From the human T2T-CHM13v2.0 reference genome, Homo sapiens: DNA of 64,000 nt. The stretch's first letter is position 1; every line of letters begins with the position of its first letter. Shown here piece after piece: positions 1-19,634 of this stretch. Under the pieces are notes generated by a model. The model had not been told where the DNA came from, ran no database searches, and saw nothing but the letters and a program-made list of their open reading frames with translations. The DNA is taken from assembly GCF_009914755.1 (NCBI RefSeq), contig NC_060926.1. One strand, 5' to 3'. Both the position numbers and the translations under genes were made by a program.

Positions 1-110
1 GACAGAGTTTCGCCATGTTGCCCAGGCTGGTCTCAAACTCATGAGCTCAAGCCATCCACCTGCCTCAGCCTCCCAAAGAGTTGGGATTACAAGCGTGAGC
101 CACCATGCCC
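1..110 (-). mobile_element. Alu (partial, window edge)
   Basis: Antisense left arm: ...cctcccaaagagttgggattacaagcgtgagccacc. Confidence 0.9.
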
Positions 111-272
111 GAATGCTGTAGTACATTTTAAATATACATGCTGTTTGTATTTATCTTTAAAATGTACACACTATGACTTTTTTGAGTTGATTAAACTCAG
201 AAAGTGATTAATAATATAGCAGCAAGGGCACAAATCTCTTTCCAGAAAACATCATTAAGTAAAGCTGTCATG

Positions 273-569
<297 letters not shown>

Positions 570-699
570 AAAGCTGTCATGGTATATTTCGTTTTTTGTA
601 TTCCCAAGTTGGTGTTTATGCGTTGATCATATATACAAAGTTTTTAATGTAAGAATATTGTTTTGAGGTTTTACTAATATTTGATTTAAAATATTACTA

Positions 700-1026
<327 letters not shown>

Positions 1027-1054
1027 CTAAATGATTAAAATGTTTACAAAGTGC

Positions 1055-1336
<282 letters not shown>

Positions 1337-1847
1337 TACAAAGTGCTTGTCTTTACATATTTGGGGATGGGGGTGGGGTAGATCATTGAAATCTGTAAAG
1401 GCAGAACGTTTTTTATCTGGAACATATCTGTAGACTAACAGAGTTAAATGATTTCCCACAGTGTCATGGAATCATCAGTGGATTGCCTCTTGGGGTGGAG
1501 GCAAAGATCATTAAAGCAGCAAACTGATAATGTGAACGTGGTTGTTTTTTCTCTGCCAATTAAATATATGCTAGTTTAGTCATTATAGAAGAGCCAGATG
1601 CTGGTCAGCTTGTTGAAGTTGTAAGTAGAAGGTGTGGTTTTATCACATCTGTAAATGTAGGTTTTTGAGACAAAACTTAAATAAGAATAGACGTTAGTTT
1701 TTATTCACATTCAGAATGTCTGACTCCCCTTAATATATACACACTCTTGTCTTATCTACTGGGTTTTTTTGTTGTTGTTTTTTGTTTTGCCTTTTCTCTC
1801 TCTCTTTTTAAGCTCTGCCAGACAAGGCCCTATGAAGATAGGTTTTA

Positions 1848-2172
1848 CAGGTTGAGAATCTTTTATCTGAAATTCTTGGGACCAGAAGTATTTCCAGTTT
1901 TGGGTTTTTTCAGATTTTAGAATATTTGCATATACATACATAATGAGCTATCTTGGGGATGGGACCCAAGTCTAAACATGAAATTTGTTTCATATACACA
2001 TTATACACATAGCCTGAAGGTAATTTTATACAAAATTTTTAATAATTTTGTGCATGAAACAGTTTTGACTGTGAACTGTTACATGAGGTCAGGTGTGGGA
2101 ATTTTTCATGGCATCATGTCAGTGCTCAAAAAGTTTGAGATTTTGGATGTTTTATTAGGGATGCTTACCCTG
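1848..2172. mobile_element. Tigger4/MER46-like DNA transposon relic
   Basis: TA|caggttgagaatc...ggatgcttaccctg|TA imperfect TIRs; internal ggggatgggacccaagtctaaac motif. Confidence 0.8.
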
Positions 2173-3011
2173 TATTATATTTTGCCCAGATGTTTCCTCA
2201 TTTGTCTTCTAGGCTACCAGAAAGATGTTAGCTTAGAAAAACGTATTCTGGCGTTTATTCCAACAGATGAGAAGGCAGTTTCTCCAGTGATGAATAATTA
2301 CCTATAATTTAATACGTGCATTATACATCTCCAGTGATGAAAAATCACTGTGTATTAAAAAATTCTTGAAGCTAGGTACATAATCTCAACTCCTAAAAAA
2401 GAAAATAAACAGTAGTACTCCTTGATGAACTTACAGATGCTAAGTTGCCTTTTCTTAGAGTTGAAATAAGGTGATAAAGGAGTTTACCGTGAGACTAGCT
2501 GTGTGAACAAAGATGAAAAACACCCTTTCAGTTTTCTTCCTCTTGGATGATTCTAGGATCTCTAAAAAATAATCTTAAAAGGGGCGAGGTTTTGAGAGGA
2601 TGAGGTCTAAGGAATTGATGGTGAGTTTTTTCTGAAAGAAGAGAAGTGACATTTGATTAGATAAGAAAGGGTTAAAAGGGAAGTTATTAATAAAATAGTT
2701 TAGGAGTAGAGTGGATCTGAAAGTTGACTTATACCAATGATGATAGAATGTGTCTTTTCCCAAAGGTTAGTGCATCTTCTCTGAAATGAAGACGTTTCTT
2801 TCATCAATTTTAAGTGAATTTCTAAGGATCTGGTTATCTACTTGTGAGTTTTTGGTTGTAACTGTATGACAGTACAGATGTAACTAAAAATGTTTGTAAT
2901 TTACCCAAGGTTAAATAACCATTATTTTTGAGGGCTGTTATCCCTGTTGGTATAAGTAAGTAGTTGGCAGTAGGGGACACAGAAATACCTTGTTTTTCAC
3001 CACTGAAGTGA

Positions 3012-3342
<331 letters not shown>

Positions 3343-4358
3343 CTATTTGTACTCTTAAAGGGGAGTCATTTTCTTATAATAAGTATCAGTAGTAGCTCTA
3401 TTGTTTGCTGTGATCAATGGTGACACCTTGACTTTATGTATTGCCATTTATCAATCATTTATTCAGTGAAGATTTATTGACCATTGACTTTATTATGGTT
3501 GGTGAAATAATCGCAAGAAAATTTATTCAGTTAGGTATTTATAAAAATACCTAGGTATTAAATGAAGATTGTTCTAGTTGATATAAGCAATAAAGCCTGA
3601 CTATATGGCTCCTACCCTCAAGAATCTTACGGTATAGTAGGGATGATGAAATAGTGTAAGAATGATTTATATGTGCCAGAGTACATGACAGAGTTTTTAC
3701 TGTCTTGAAGAGCTACAGAGTTCAGAAGAGAAGGGGCTTAGTGAGGAAAAGTTTTGTGGGAGAAGTAGAATTCAAGTTGAATACTAAAGAACTTCAGTAA
3801 GTACAGATAAAATGGAGTGTATTCTAGGCAGTGGAATGGACAAAAAAATGAAAACATGGACATATAATGAACTTGACATACTCATAAATTGGTGAAGAAA
3901 GTATTAGATTATAGATCTACATTTTGAGGAATGCTGAGTATGAGGCAGGGAGCTTTGAGTTTCATGTAAGAGAAGGTAAGATATAAACAGGAATACAATG
4001 ATAAATTGGGCTGAAATGTAGATTTCCTGACTCCCAATTCTTCTCCTTAGTGTAGACAGAGATATACAGTCATGCACTGTATAAGAACGTTTTGGTGAAT
4101 GACAGATTGCATATACAACAGTGGTCCTGTGCTAGTGTAAGCAAACCTATTAAGAACTTCAGATAGGTCCTTCAGGAGGTATTCCAGAAGAAGGCATTGT
4201 TACCATAGGAGATGACAGCTCCATGCATGTGATTGCCCCTTGAAGACATTCCAGTGGGACACGTTGTGGAGGTGGAAGGCTGTGATGTTGACAATCTTGA
4301 CCCTGTGTAGGCCTAGGCTAACGTGTGAATGTCTTTTTAACAAAAAATTTTAAAAAGT

Positions 4359-4706
<348 letters not shown>

Positions 4707-4936
4707 TTAGATTCTTTTATTGCTTTACTTTATTACTAAATTTGCTTTCACTTAAAAACCCTTTAGAGAAAAAATATTTTTATACAGCTGTACAATTTAT
4801 TTGTGTTTTAAGCTATGTGTTATTACAAAAGAGTTGACAAGTTAAAAAAACTAAAAAGCATATGAAGTTACAGTAAGCTACGGTTAATGTATTACTGATG
4901 AAAGAAAATTTTGTTTATATAAATTTAGTGTAGCCT

Positions 4937-5231
4937 GGATGGGCACAGTGGCTCACGCCTGTAATCCCAGCACTTTGGGAGGCCAAGGCAGGTGGATTAC
5001 CTGAGGTTAGAAGTTCGAGACCAGCCTGGCCAACATGGTGAAACCCTGTTCCTACTAAAAGTGCAAAAATTAGCCAGGTGTGGTGGCAGGCGCCCGTAAT
5101 CCCAGCTACTCAGGAGGCTGAGGCAGGAGAATAGCTTGAACCCACAGGTGGAGCATGCAGTGAGCCGAGATCGTGCCACTGCACTCCAGCCTGGGTGACA
5201 AGAGCAAGACTCCATCTCAAAAAAAAAAAAA
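4937..5231 (+). mobile_element. Alu
   Basis: Full dimer with A-tail. Confidence 0.95.
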
Positions 5232-5664
5232 TTAGCCTAAGTATACAGTGCCTTTGAAGTCTACAATAGTGTACAGTAATGTTGTAGGCCTTCACATTTC
5301 TCACACTGATTCACCCAGACCAACTTCTAGTCCTGCAAGCTCCGTTTGTGATAAGCACCCTGTACAGATGTACCATTTTTTATCTTTTATATTTTATATC
5401 TTTTATTTTTACTGTACCTTTTCTATGTTTGGATATGTTTCGATAACAAATACTTACCGTTGTGTTACATTTCCCCACAGTGTTCAGTACAATACCATGC
5501 TGTATGGGTTTGTAGCCTATACTATGTAGCCTTGGTACATAGTAGGCTATACCATCTAGGTTTTGTTTTCTAACCTAATTAACTAATGATGCATTTCTCA
5601 GAACATATTACCATCAAGTGACACATGACTGTATATGTATTACAGTTAAAAATTGGACATCATA

Positions 5665-6710
5665 GATTCTTTTTTAAACAGCTTTATTGAAATATAATTC
5701 ACATACTCTACAATACACCCATTTGGTGTGTACAGTTCAGTGGTTTTCAGTATATTCACAAAGTTGTGCATCTATTACCACCATCAGTTTAGGACATTTT
5801 CATTATCCCTAAAAGAAATCTACACATCTCCTCTCAGCCATCACCTCTTAATCTCCCCATACCTGCAGCCCTAGGCAACCACCTATCACCTTTGTGTCTC
5901 TATAGGTTTGCTTATTCTGGGACATTGTGTATAAGTGGAATCATATAGCATAATGTCCATTGTGATGAGCTGCCTTTAGCATAATGTTTTCAAGGTTTAT
6001 TCATGTTGTAGTATGTATCAGTATTCATTTTTATTGCCATAATAGTCCATTTTATGGATATAGAACATTTTATTTGTGAGTTCACGGACATTGGACTTTT
6101 TGATTATTATGAAAATGCTGCCATAAACATTCATTTATGTTGACTTGCCTTCATTTCTCTGAGTATATACTCAGGAATGGAATTTTATGGTAACTGTGTT
6201 TAACCATTTAAGGAACTGCCGGGCTGTTTTCCAATCTGCTGCACCACCAGCAGTGTATTAGGGTTCAAATTTTCCCCCATCTTCACTAACACTTGTTATC
6301 ATCTGTTTTTTGGGGTTTTGGGTTTTTGTTTTTGTTTTTTTGTTTATTTCAATTATAGCCATTCTACTGAGTGCAAAGAGGTAGCTCAGTTTGGTTTTGA
6401 TTTGTATTTCCCTCACGACTAATGATATCAAGCTGCTTTTCATGTGCTGATTTGGCCATTTGTATATCTTCTTTGGGAAAATTTCTGTTCAGATCTTTTG
6501 CACATTTTAAAATTCGGTTGGCTTTTTGTTGTAATAGTTGTTTATTATTCTAGATACAAATCTCTTGTCAGATACATGATTTACAAAAATTTTCTCCTGT
6601 GGGTTGTCTTCACTTTCTTGATGGTGTCTCTTGAAGCACAAAAGTTTTTAATTTTTATGATTTCCGGTTCATCTAATTTTTCTTTTCTTGTTTGTGTTTT
6701 GGTGTTATAT
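5665..6710 (-). mobile_element. Old L1M 3' portion (antisense)
   Basis: cagctttattgaaatataattcacata..., ttttcaaggtttattcatgttgtag and ttggttttgatttgtatttccc are L1 antisense motifs. Confidence 0.85.
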
Positions 6711-6966
6711 TGTGTATATCATAAATTCTTGTTTATTATAAACATTTAAAAAATATCTCTGATCTCTGTGAAGGCCCAGGCAAACAAGATACCATTATTT
6801 AATGAAAAATAACTGAAGCTACTAATGTGTATTTGGAGTTATAATCCACCTACCTCAGGCCTTCCCTTTATTCTGTGTCCATATCCTTCAGTTTGTAGTG
6901 ACAGATGAAAGAAGCAAAGATGAAAATCGAGAAATAATTTTGAGTGAAACATTTTAATTTGAAGCA

Positions 6967-7298
6967 CAGTTGTCCCTTGGTATCGATGGGGAATTGGTTC
7001 CAGGACCCCTTCAGGTACCAAATCCACGGATGCTTGAGTCCCTTATATAAAGTGGTATAGTATTTGCATGTAATCGACAAATATCCTCCCATATACTTTA
7101 AATCATCTCTAGATTACTTATAATACCTTATACAGTGCCTGCCCATCACTTGACTCTTATGGGTTCAACATAGGAGTCAGCATGCAGCAAATTCAAGCTT
7201 TACTTCTGGGACTTGGGGATTTTTTTCCCCCAAATATCTTTGATCTGCAGTTGGTTGAATCCACAGATGCTGAATCTTTGGATACAGAGGCCCAGTTG
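6967..7298. mobile_element. MER2 (Tigger family)
   Basis: cagttgtcccttggtatc...ttggttccaggacccc...ggatacagaggcccagttg|ta. Confidence 0.85.
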
Positions 7299-7596
7299 TA
7301 ACTATGATCCAAGAATTTGTTATTTATTATGAGAGAATTTATTATAATGACTGCGATGGTAGTTTATAACTTATAAACTCTACCATATTTGGGAAATTCA
7401 CAGTTACAAACATTTACCTATGAAGGGGGAGTGAGTAGTCATTCCTTCATTTTTTACAAATAAGCTGAGTCGTGGAGAATTTAAGTGATGTGTGTAGAAA
7501 CTCACAGTAAGTAAGGCGTAGTCTTCATCACTCTTGTAGTACTGCATTATCTCTTTGTAAAGTTTTCAGGGTTTCTGTTTTATTAATGGTTATTAA

Positions 7597-7902
<306 letters not shown>

Positions 7903-7906
7903 AAAA

Positions 7907-8203
7907 TTTGTTTTTTTGTTTGTTTGTTTGTTTTTTGAGACGAGGTCTCGCTGTGTTGTGCAGGCTGGAGTGCAGTGGCACCATCTCAGCTCACTGCAAG
8001 CTCTGCCTCCTGGGTTCATGCCATTCTCCTGCTTCAGCCTCCTGAGTAGCTGGGACTACAGGGGCCCGCCACCACGCCTGGCTAATTTTTTGTATTTTTA
8101 GTAGAGACAGAGTTTCACTGTGGTCTCGATCTTCTGACCTCATGATCTGCCCGCCTTGGCCTCCCAAAGTGCTGGGATTACAGGCGTGAGCCACTGCCCG
8201 GCC
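7907..8203 (-). mobile_element. Alu (Y-like)
   Basis: Antisense; gcaagctctgcctcc...ttcatgccattctcc diagnostic positions. Confidence 0.93.
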
Positions 8204-8552
8204 AAAATTTTTCTTTTTAAGCAATATTAGTTTAGGCTTGTAAGTAGCTCACTTAGGGTAAATATTCTAGCCAAGATCATGAAAAAATACATTGATTTCA
8301 TTATGTTCTTAATCAGATCTGCATCAGATTACCATAAATAGGCAGCTATTCTTTCTTTTTTTCCACAGTTCATTGTATTCCTACCATTTCCAAATAGAAG
8401 TTTATGGTTTTAAATTACTGATGTTAAGTACTTGTTTGGAAGGAATTTATAGTTAAACTAGTTATAATAATTTATACCTGTCAAGCTCTTTCATATATAG
8501 TACATATTTTATCTCTCATTAGTTTCTGTAAGCTCTTGAGAGAAAGGTTCTT

Positions 8553-9505
<953 letters not shown>

Positions 9506-9728
9506 TAATTCCAGAGAAAGGTTCTTATATGTTTTATGCTACAGTCCCATAGTATGGGACTACTACTATGTAGTAATTTTCAGTTCTGCTGAAAATGCTG
9601 TAGTCGTTACTACGTAGTAGGCGCAGAATATTTGTTTAATGAGTGATTCTCTATTAAAGGGTCATAAATTTGAAAGGTAAAGGTTAAGAACAATTTCTCT
9701 TTAGAGTTGTACAGATTAAAGGAAGTGA

Positions 9729-10032
<304 letters not shown>

Positions 10033-10315
10033 AAACATATTTTTCTTTAACTGAGGAAATTAGATTCATTGTCCAAAGCTTAAAAGGAAGATTTTCTACT
10101 TTGAGTTTTTATTAACTCTGATACTTTACTATGACAGTACTTCCAGCCTCTGAGACATGAGAAATAGCGTGAGATTGTAGTAATCAAAATGACCTTACCA
10201 GAAATCACCACCAGGTTGGTGAAAAACAGTACATCTACACAGAAGGATGGACTTGATGTTGATTCTTTCAAGATTAAAGATGAAGATGCCCGAACTTGAA
10301 GCAAGTCTTTTATCA

Positions 10316-10760
<445 letters not shown>

Positions 10761-11928
10761 AGCCTGTACATAAAGTATGTACTGTTGCCTGCATGCCATT
10801 TGTCAGTTTTAAAGATTAACCATGGTCAGTTTTTAAATGTAGTCCAGTATATCCTTGGTACCTTTGAGTTCTTGGGCTTTTTCCTTTGCTGTTTGACTAG
10901 TAAGCAAAATGTAATAAAAGTAATTAGCATATTGCATAATAGTCCACATAGTTCCATTCCCAAATATTACAGAGAACTCCTCATTTTTTGTAATATTGGA
11001 GGCTGTTATAACCCTGAAGTCTTGAACATTCCTTACAAATCTCTTGACATCTTTTGTTCTCCATCTGTGAAGTTAGCTAACACCAGAATTCCTGTATTAT
11101 GACTCCTCCCATAACATGTGCTGTCTCACCTCAAGAAAACTGAATTTTCACTCTTCCATGTCCAATTTGTAAATAATTCACCAAGAATAACATTTCAAAA
11201 TTTAGTTCAAAATAACAGATGTTACTTCATAAACTTATTTAAAAAACACTTGGACATTCATCTCCCATTTGGATGTAGTGATTTTGACGTAATCACTTTG
11301 ATTTTCTTAAGTAAATGTAAGTAGGCTATACATATTTAACTTCGGGGCATAGTAACTTTTGGGTATTTACAGTTTCAGCATTGAGCTAGTTTACGAAGCA
11401 GAACTAACATTTGAAGACAGCTTCATTCTTTAGTCAACATAAAAATTGTTTTTGTCAAAGTAACTGTATGTAGGAAGTATGTGATCCTTTTTTTCTTAAA
11501 AAAATGAGCTCCAAATAGCCATTTAGTAACACTTCATGTATAGAGGTTTCTGTGAGATCAATTCTTCCAAGTGTTCAAAGTGTAAAAAGCTGTGAAACAC
11601 CCATTAAGTGGGTGTTTGGAATGAAAGGGGAATGGAAAGAGATGAGATAAAAATATTATCTAAAATATTGCATAGTCGTGGCTGCTGCTTTGCTAAGCAA
11701 CACTGTCTCTTGGTGGTCACATACATGAAGACTTGTTTCAAATTCATGAGTATAGTCTTACCTGAAGGAAAACAAGGCAAGTAAACTTTGCAAATACTTA
11801 ATTTCGAACAAACAAACAAAAAACTTTAAGAAAGCACTACAGCTTTCTTGTTGAAAGGCGCTATAGAGTTAGTCACATATTCTGAGATGGCTGTCAAACC
11901 ATGCAATATGTTTCTATATATCAGATGA

Positions 11929-12225
11929 TTTTTTTTTTTTTAAATTGAGATGGAGTCTCATTCACCGTGTCACCCAGGAAGGAGTGCAGTGGTGCAATCT
12001 CGACTCACTACAACCCCCACCTCCCGGGTACAGCATTCTTGTGCTTCAGCCTCCTGAGTAGCTGGGATTACAGGTGCACACCACCACGCCCAGCTAATTT
12101 TTGTATTTTTAGTAGAGACGGGGTTTCACAATGTTGGCCAGGCAGATCGCAAACTGCCTCAAGTAATCTGCCCGCCTAGGCCTCCCAAAGCGCAGGGATT
12201 ACAGGTGTGAGCCACTGCATCTGGC
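11929..12225 (-). mobile_element. Alu
   Basis: Antisense dimer. Confidence 0.93.
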
Positions 12226-12426
12226 TGGCATTATTTCTAACACACTTCTGTTAAATACTTCCTTCAAGAACAATATCTTTGTCATAGAATATGCTACATT
12301 TTTTAAAAACAAATTTATTTATCAAGGATGGCATTCAAATACCCTGGTAATTACAAAACTGCAATGATAAAATACAAAATATTGAACTTAAACAGTTTCT
12401 CTGAGCTAAATCCAATAAATAAATCA

Positions 12427-12792
<366 letters not shown>

Positions 12793-13589
12793 TTATTGCC
12801 CTGTTTTTGATGACTATGGTGGTGGTTGGGTTATTTTGGTATTTACTATTAATACAGTTTATAAAAGTAAACAAATTTTCAAGCTTGCTTTTATTTTTGT
12901 CATATAAGTAATTTAAATCTTATCAAATTCAGATCACAGAGTTAACTTCATGTATAACTTTTCTTGCTTTGTAATATCTAGATTGGAGGCTGAAATAAGG
13001 ATTTGTTCTCTGTTAAAAGCAGAAAGACCTTGGTAGGAGCACAGGGAAAACTCAGCTTGATAAAGATACCAATTTATTTTCATTTATCACATTGTCTGCT
13101 CTGACTTGTTCCCTTAAAATATTTATAACCTTTGTTACAGTGTGATCAGTCTAATCTAAAGTTTATTCAGTTGAGGTTGATCTATGTTGAGGAGTGTGTG
13201 TACATATATACATACATGTATATGCATATGACATTTGAATATGCTTTTTTGCCTGTCTGGTTTCAATGAAAGTGTGCTATATTTAACACCAATAGACTAT
13301 TATTAGCATCAGAAACCTGGAGCATTGCTAAGTTTCCAGTATTGATTAGATAACAGCTCAGTTCTGCCAGGTTGGACATATGGTAAAGATAAATGACAAG
13401 TATTTTAAGGTTAACCCTCCCCCGCTTAAAAAAAAAAGGTGCAGGAAAAAAAGTAGGGGAAAACAGTAGACAGTGCACCCTAGTTATTGATTCTTGGAAA
13501 GCTAAAATCTATCGTGTAGCACCTGAACATTATAACACTTTAGAAAATTAAGACATTTGAAGGATGTAAGAATGTATCAGCAAGGCTTT

Positions 13590-14017
<428 letters not shown>

Positions 14018-15746
14018 TTACCCTAAAAACTAAATACAGGCACAACATAACTGTGTAGACATAATTATGTATCACATGTAGGTACTTATAGATATATTTA
14101 TGCAGAGTATTTTTAGTTAACATATCTGACTGTGACAACAAAATAGTCATTTAGTTTGAAAATCATGTGCCCAAATATGTGTTTTGCTGTGGTTACCCTG
14201 GAGACTTTGGAGTTCTGCCATGTGATTTCCTTAAATCCCTGGAATTTTTGATTGCTGAGAATTCAGGAGGAGTTGCCCACTTGTTAGTGTGCAGGGAAAT
14301 GTGTTTTTCTCATTTCTAGTTGAGGTCATTCTTTTTTTTTTTTTTTTTTTTAAACCATAGCATGTGTTCCATTAGTTATGAATGTATTATTTCTTTAGAG
14401 TCAAAATTCACGACTCATTTCTTTGAATATTATCTCTGATCCTAGATGGGATCAAAATTGCCCTAGATTTAGGAGTTTTAAAAGTTTACTAGGTTGTGGG
14501 GAAGATGGGTTTATTTTTCATAAACTTGAACTAGAATGTTGACGATTATAAGGACTGGGACACTTCCTAAAGGTCAAAATATTTTAAGGCGAAAGTATGT
14601 ATTCTTTCCTTTTGCTTAATGATTGAAAGAAAAAGTGGTAATATGCGCTTGCTTTCTATTATGAGCTTTAATTTGTAATTTGATGAAGATTTTTGTTAAC
14701 TTGCTATAGGTAGTCAGGTAAGGAAACAGTGGTGCCAGAATTTGTCCCTGATTCAGTATAGTTCTGTGCAGGTCTTGAGTAGATGAATTTAAATGCTACT
14801 TTATTAGTAAGAGTTAGATGGTCAGCCTTGTACTGAGAACCTCCAACCTTCTTCCCAGCTTTATTTTTCTACACGCTTCCCATCATCTGACTTACGTGTT
14901 TTACTTGTTTACTAGAATGTAAGCTACATACAAGCAGAGTTTTTAAAATTTTTATTCTGTTCATTGCTTTATTCTGAGTGGCTATTATCGTTTACCTTTT
15001 TTCCTTGTTTTCTATGCAAAGTCTCTTATCAGCCACTACTTGCTCATTTCCATACAGGGCTATAGTTCAACCCTTTGCTGATACCATTTTTCTTATAGAA
15101 AAAGTTCTTCCAAAACTTATCAATACTGTATTCATCATTAATGCCTCTTTGGAATTCTCTCATTCTCCTGACTATTGCTGAACATAGTCTCTTCTTTTAA
15201 ATGCTGAGGAAGCACTCATTTGACACTTTGCTGAGATGTTTACCTAAACTACATTTTAAACTTTTTAATTACTACTGTTTTTACTGTGGAAAGGGGTGTG
15301 AAAGTGTTACAGCCCTTTACTATTGGGAAATCTAATCAGATAAATTTCGTGAGGCTAGGATGGAAAGGAAAAACTTTACAAGTTAAGCAAAGGGACTGTT
15401 AATTAACTGTTTAATAACTCTAACGACAGTTATGACCAGAGCAACATAATAGATAAAAGACAATCTCCACTAAGAGCCTTCATTGGGTAATAGTATGACT
15501 TGTAGTTTTTTTAAAAAATGCTAATAATCTCAGGTTGTATTACAGTCTCATGGTTATACAGATGGATGGGAATATCTCTATTTGCCTAGGATCAAGAGGC
15601 TAGGTGACCTCTTACTCAATGGGTCGTTCTTTGTTATATGTATTAGTATATAGTAAAAGGAAATACTTCCTTTACCATAAATGTTATTTTATTACGTGGC
15701 CATGTAATTATGGTCTCAGCTCCTAGGATCAGAGGATTTAAACTTA

Positions 15747-16139
<393 letters not shown>

Positions 16140-16588
16140 TTAAATGGGGCTCCTATACACACTTTGTTTTAAAAAGAAATATCGAGTTGTGGAGGGAAGA
16201 GGATGAAAAACATTTTGAGTATGTCTTTGTAACTAAAATTTACTTGGATTCACTAATGGCTTTGTTCCTTTATTGTAATGGAGTAATATTTTCTAAAACA
16301 AAAAGTTGTAATGGTGTTCTATACCTTAAATGTCAAAAAAGATTAAGTAGTCTCAATGTGTTGTAAATAAAAATGAAAGAAATGGTCAATCTGTGCATTA
16401 GATTGTGTTTAATCAAATGGTAGGGTAAAACTACGCATACCAGATGACAGCATAGCTTTAAAAATGTGGCTTGGAATAAAGTCTTTCAAAAATGGTTGTG
16501 TATACCCTGTCTACAAAGGAGGTATTATGATACATTTGTATTTATCTTTATTCTAGATAAAATGATGGTTTACAGGGGGAGAAAATGA

Positions 16589-16917
<329 letters not shown>

Positions 16918-17050
16918 TGAATGTCTGCTCTTAATACTTTGACTCATTACTGTCATTGAGTGTATTCATTTGTTTATTTTATTTTATTGTTATTGAAACT
17001 AGTTTTTTGTTTTTATATGCCATTTTCTTCAAGATGAAAATTACGGATAA

Positions 17051-17367
<317 letters not shown>

Positions 17368-18924
17368 CAGGTAAATTTTTGTTGTTGTTGTTTGTTACAT
17401 TTGATGTCTTTCTTATTTTGAGTTTAAAAGACCACAGTTTGCAAAATATAACTCAGTGAATTAATCAGTTATTATTTGATAATTTGATTATTTGATAATA
17501 ACCAGAGTTATTTGATAATTTTTAAGTTTTCTTATAATTTAGAAATACAGGGTGAATAGGCAAAATGTAAACAAAAATGGTAATTTCGTATAAAAAAGTA
17601 TCTGGTATTTAAAAAACTTTGTATGCATCTCAAAATCATGATTAAAGTATAGTTTTGGCTTATTAAAGTGTTATATATGTCTTCTGATATTAAAATTTGT
17701 TTTAATTATCCAAGTAATCCTGAATCCATTCTCATGGGAAGAAAGATACTTAAGTCAATATTAAAATACTGAAATATGTGAAGAGTTAAAGGTGAAAGTC
17801 ATTCTGTACAGTTCTACAAAATTCTGTTTCTCTGTTCAGAGCTACTGCTTATAGTTTAGTGTTTAATCTTGCACACCTTTTGCATGCATAAACCTTTACA
17901 ACAATTTGTTTTACTTTTTTAAAAAAATAAATGGGGCTCTATTTTACAATGTGTCAATATATTAATTTTTTTTCATGGTTACAATTTTGTAATGGTTCTC
18001 TTAATGATGGATAATTGTTTTCAGGGGTTTTTTTGCTATGATTTAAAAAATTTTACAGTGAATACTGTTGAGCTACATCTCTGGATATTACTATCGATTA
18101 TATGGTCAGTGCACTTGTGGCTTTATGAATATTTTAAATAATGTAGTCAAGTCTGTTGATCTTTTTCCTTGTCATCTGTGTTTTGTGGATTTTGGTATTT
18201 CCAAACTATATTCATTTCTACAGAGTTATTTTCATTTCCATTTTTTGAACTGTCACTTGTAAAACACTTTCTTTTTATAGAACCTTATGAGTGATAGCAA
18301 GATGTATTAGTATGTAATACATTGTGATGGAGTGTAATGATCACAAGGATCAGTGACAGTTTTGATGACCAATTTCAGAGTTATAAAATAAATGAAATAT
18401 ATTCTGGAAAAGTCATGGGCTTTTTGTGTTGTTTGTGGAATCACTAAAGGTAGTCCCTCACTATTAACAAATTTGTTTTGACACATAATATGTGAGGCAC
18501 TGAATTATAATAGGCACTAGAAACATTGCCTATTTTCCTGAATCCTTTAGACAGGATTGCTTCCCCAGTTACCAGAGATTTCTCTAACCTTGATTTACAG
18601 TAGCTACTGCTGGTAGGAATTGCTCTCCACTCCACTTTTGCTGCCATCCAGTGTTACATTACCCTACAAATATACTAAGTGCTTAGCAAAGCAGAGTCCA
18701 AATGTAAGATCAATTTTTGTCTTACCCAGAATTTTACAATTAAAATATATAAATAAAAGATTTCTCTGTGTGTGGATGTATGTGTACAGTATAGTGTTGC
18801 ATGCTATACATGGGGTGAGGTATCAGAATGCTTTTTCAGTGTTTGGCACCTCTAATTTGGCTCTGTGGCCATTTATTCCACCTTTCTACCTTGAAATTCC
18901 ACAACTTGGGCTCTTGAAATTACC

Positions 18925-19081
18925 TGGTATGGTGCAATGCACGTGTATTCTCAGCTACTCCAGAGGCTGAGGCGGGAGGATCACTTGAGCCCAGGAGTTT
19001 GAGGTTGAGATTGAGATGAACTGTGAGAACATGCTACTGCACTCCAGTCTGGGCAACAGAGCAAGACCTCATCTCTAAAAA
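18925..19081 (+). mobile_element. Alu monomer (right arm/FRAM-like)
   Basis: cagctactccagaggctgaggcgggaggatcacttgagcccagg...gcactccagtctgggcaacagagcaagacc. Confidence 0.85.
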
Positions 19082-19634
19082 ATTTTGGGCTTGAAACGGG
19101 CTGATTTTGTCCTACCACTAGTAATCACTTTTAGAAGTAGCTTACAATTGCTGTTTCTTCCTTCTTATGGGGGGAAATACCCTTATAGGAGGTATTATGA
19201 AGCCAATATCTAATAAACTCTGTCATCATTAGCTCACTTCCACTCTTCTGCCATCTCTCTGTACCTGATTAGTATAGTTTTGAAAAATTATAATTTTGCT
19301 ACCACTGCACCTCTCCTTGTTAGTAGGGGAGATTTATGTAAGAGAAGAATCTTTTATTTCTAGACAAGGTAATATCCCATTGGGAAGAAACAGCCAAGGG
19401 AGAAGAAATGTTTTTTTCTTCTTTGAAGGGACTAGAACTTTTATAGCTCAGCAAATTTGAATAAGTTTGATGGTAATTCAGCTACATTATATTTTAGCTA
19501 GATTTCTGAGTTCATTTGGTAACCTAACCACCACATATATACCTATTTATAACTTGAAATTTGCCTTTAAAGTCACGAAAGCACAAAGCACTGTGGTGCT
19601 TGTAACACTCTTCCATATTATTATAGGTAACTAA

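Noticed and set aside
2281-2341. Direct repeat tctccagtgatgaa with a 33-nt spacer (superficially CRISPR-like or C/D-box-like)
   Set aside because: Only two copies in a mammalian intron, with no array and no matching D box or terminal stem.
10130-10310. Coding-looking stretch (MTLPEITTRLVKNSTSTQKDGLDVDSFKIKDEDART*) as a processed pseudogene or transposase fossil
   Set aside because: Only 36 codons, no recognisable homologue, poly(A) or TSD; a tBLASTx or Dfam search would be needed.
17468-17520. Three copies of ttatttgataat
   Set aside because: Low-complexity AT-rich slippage repeat with no functional cue.
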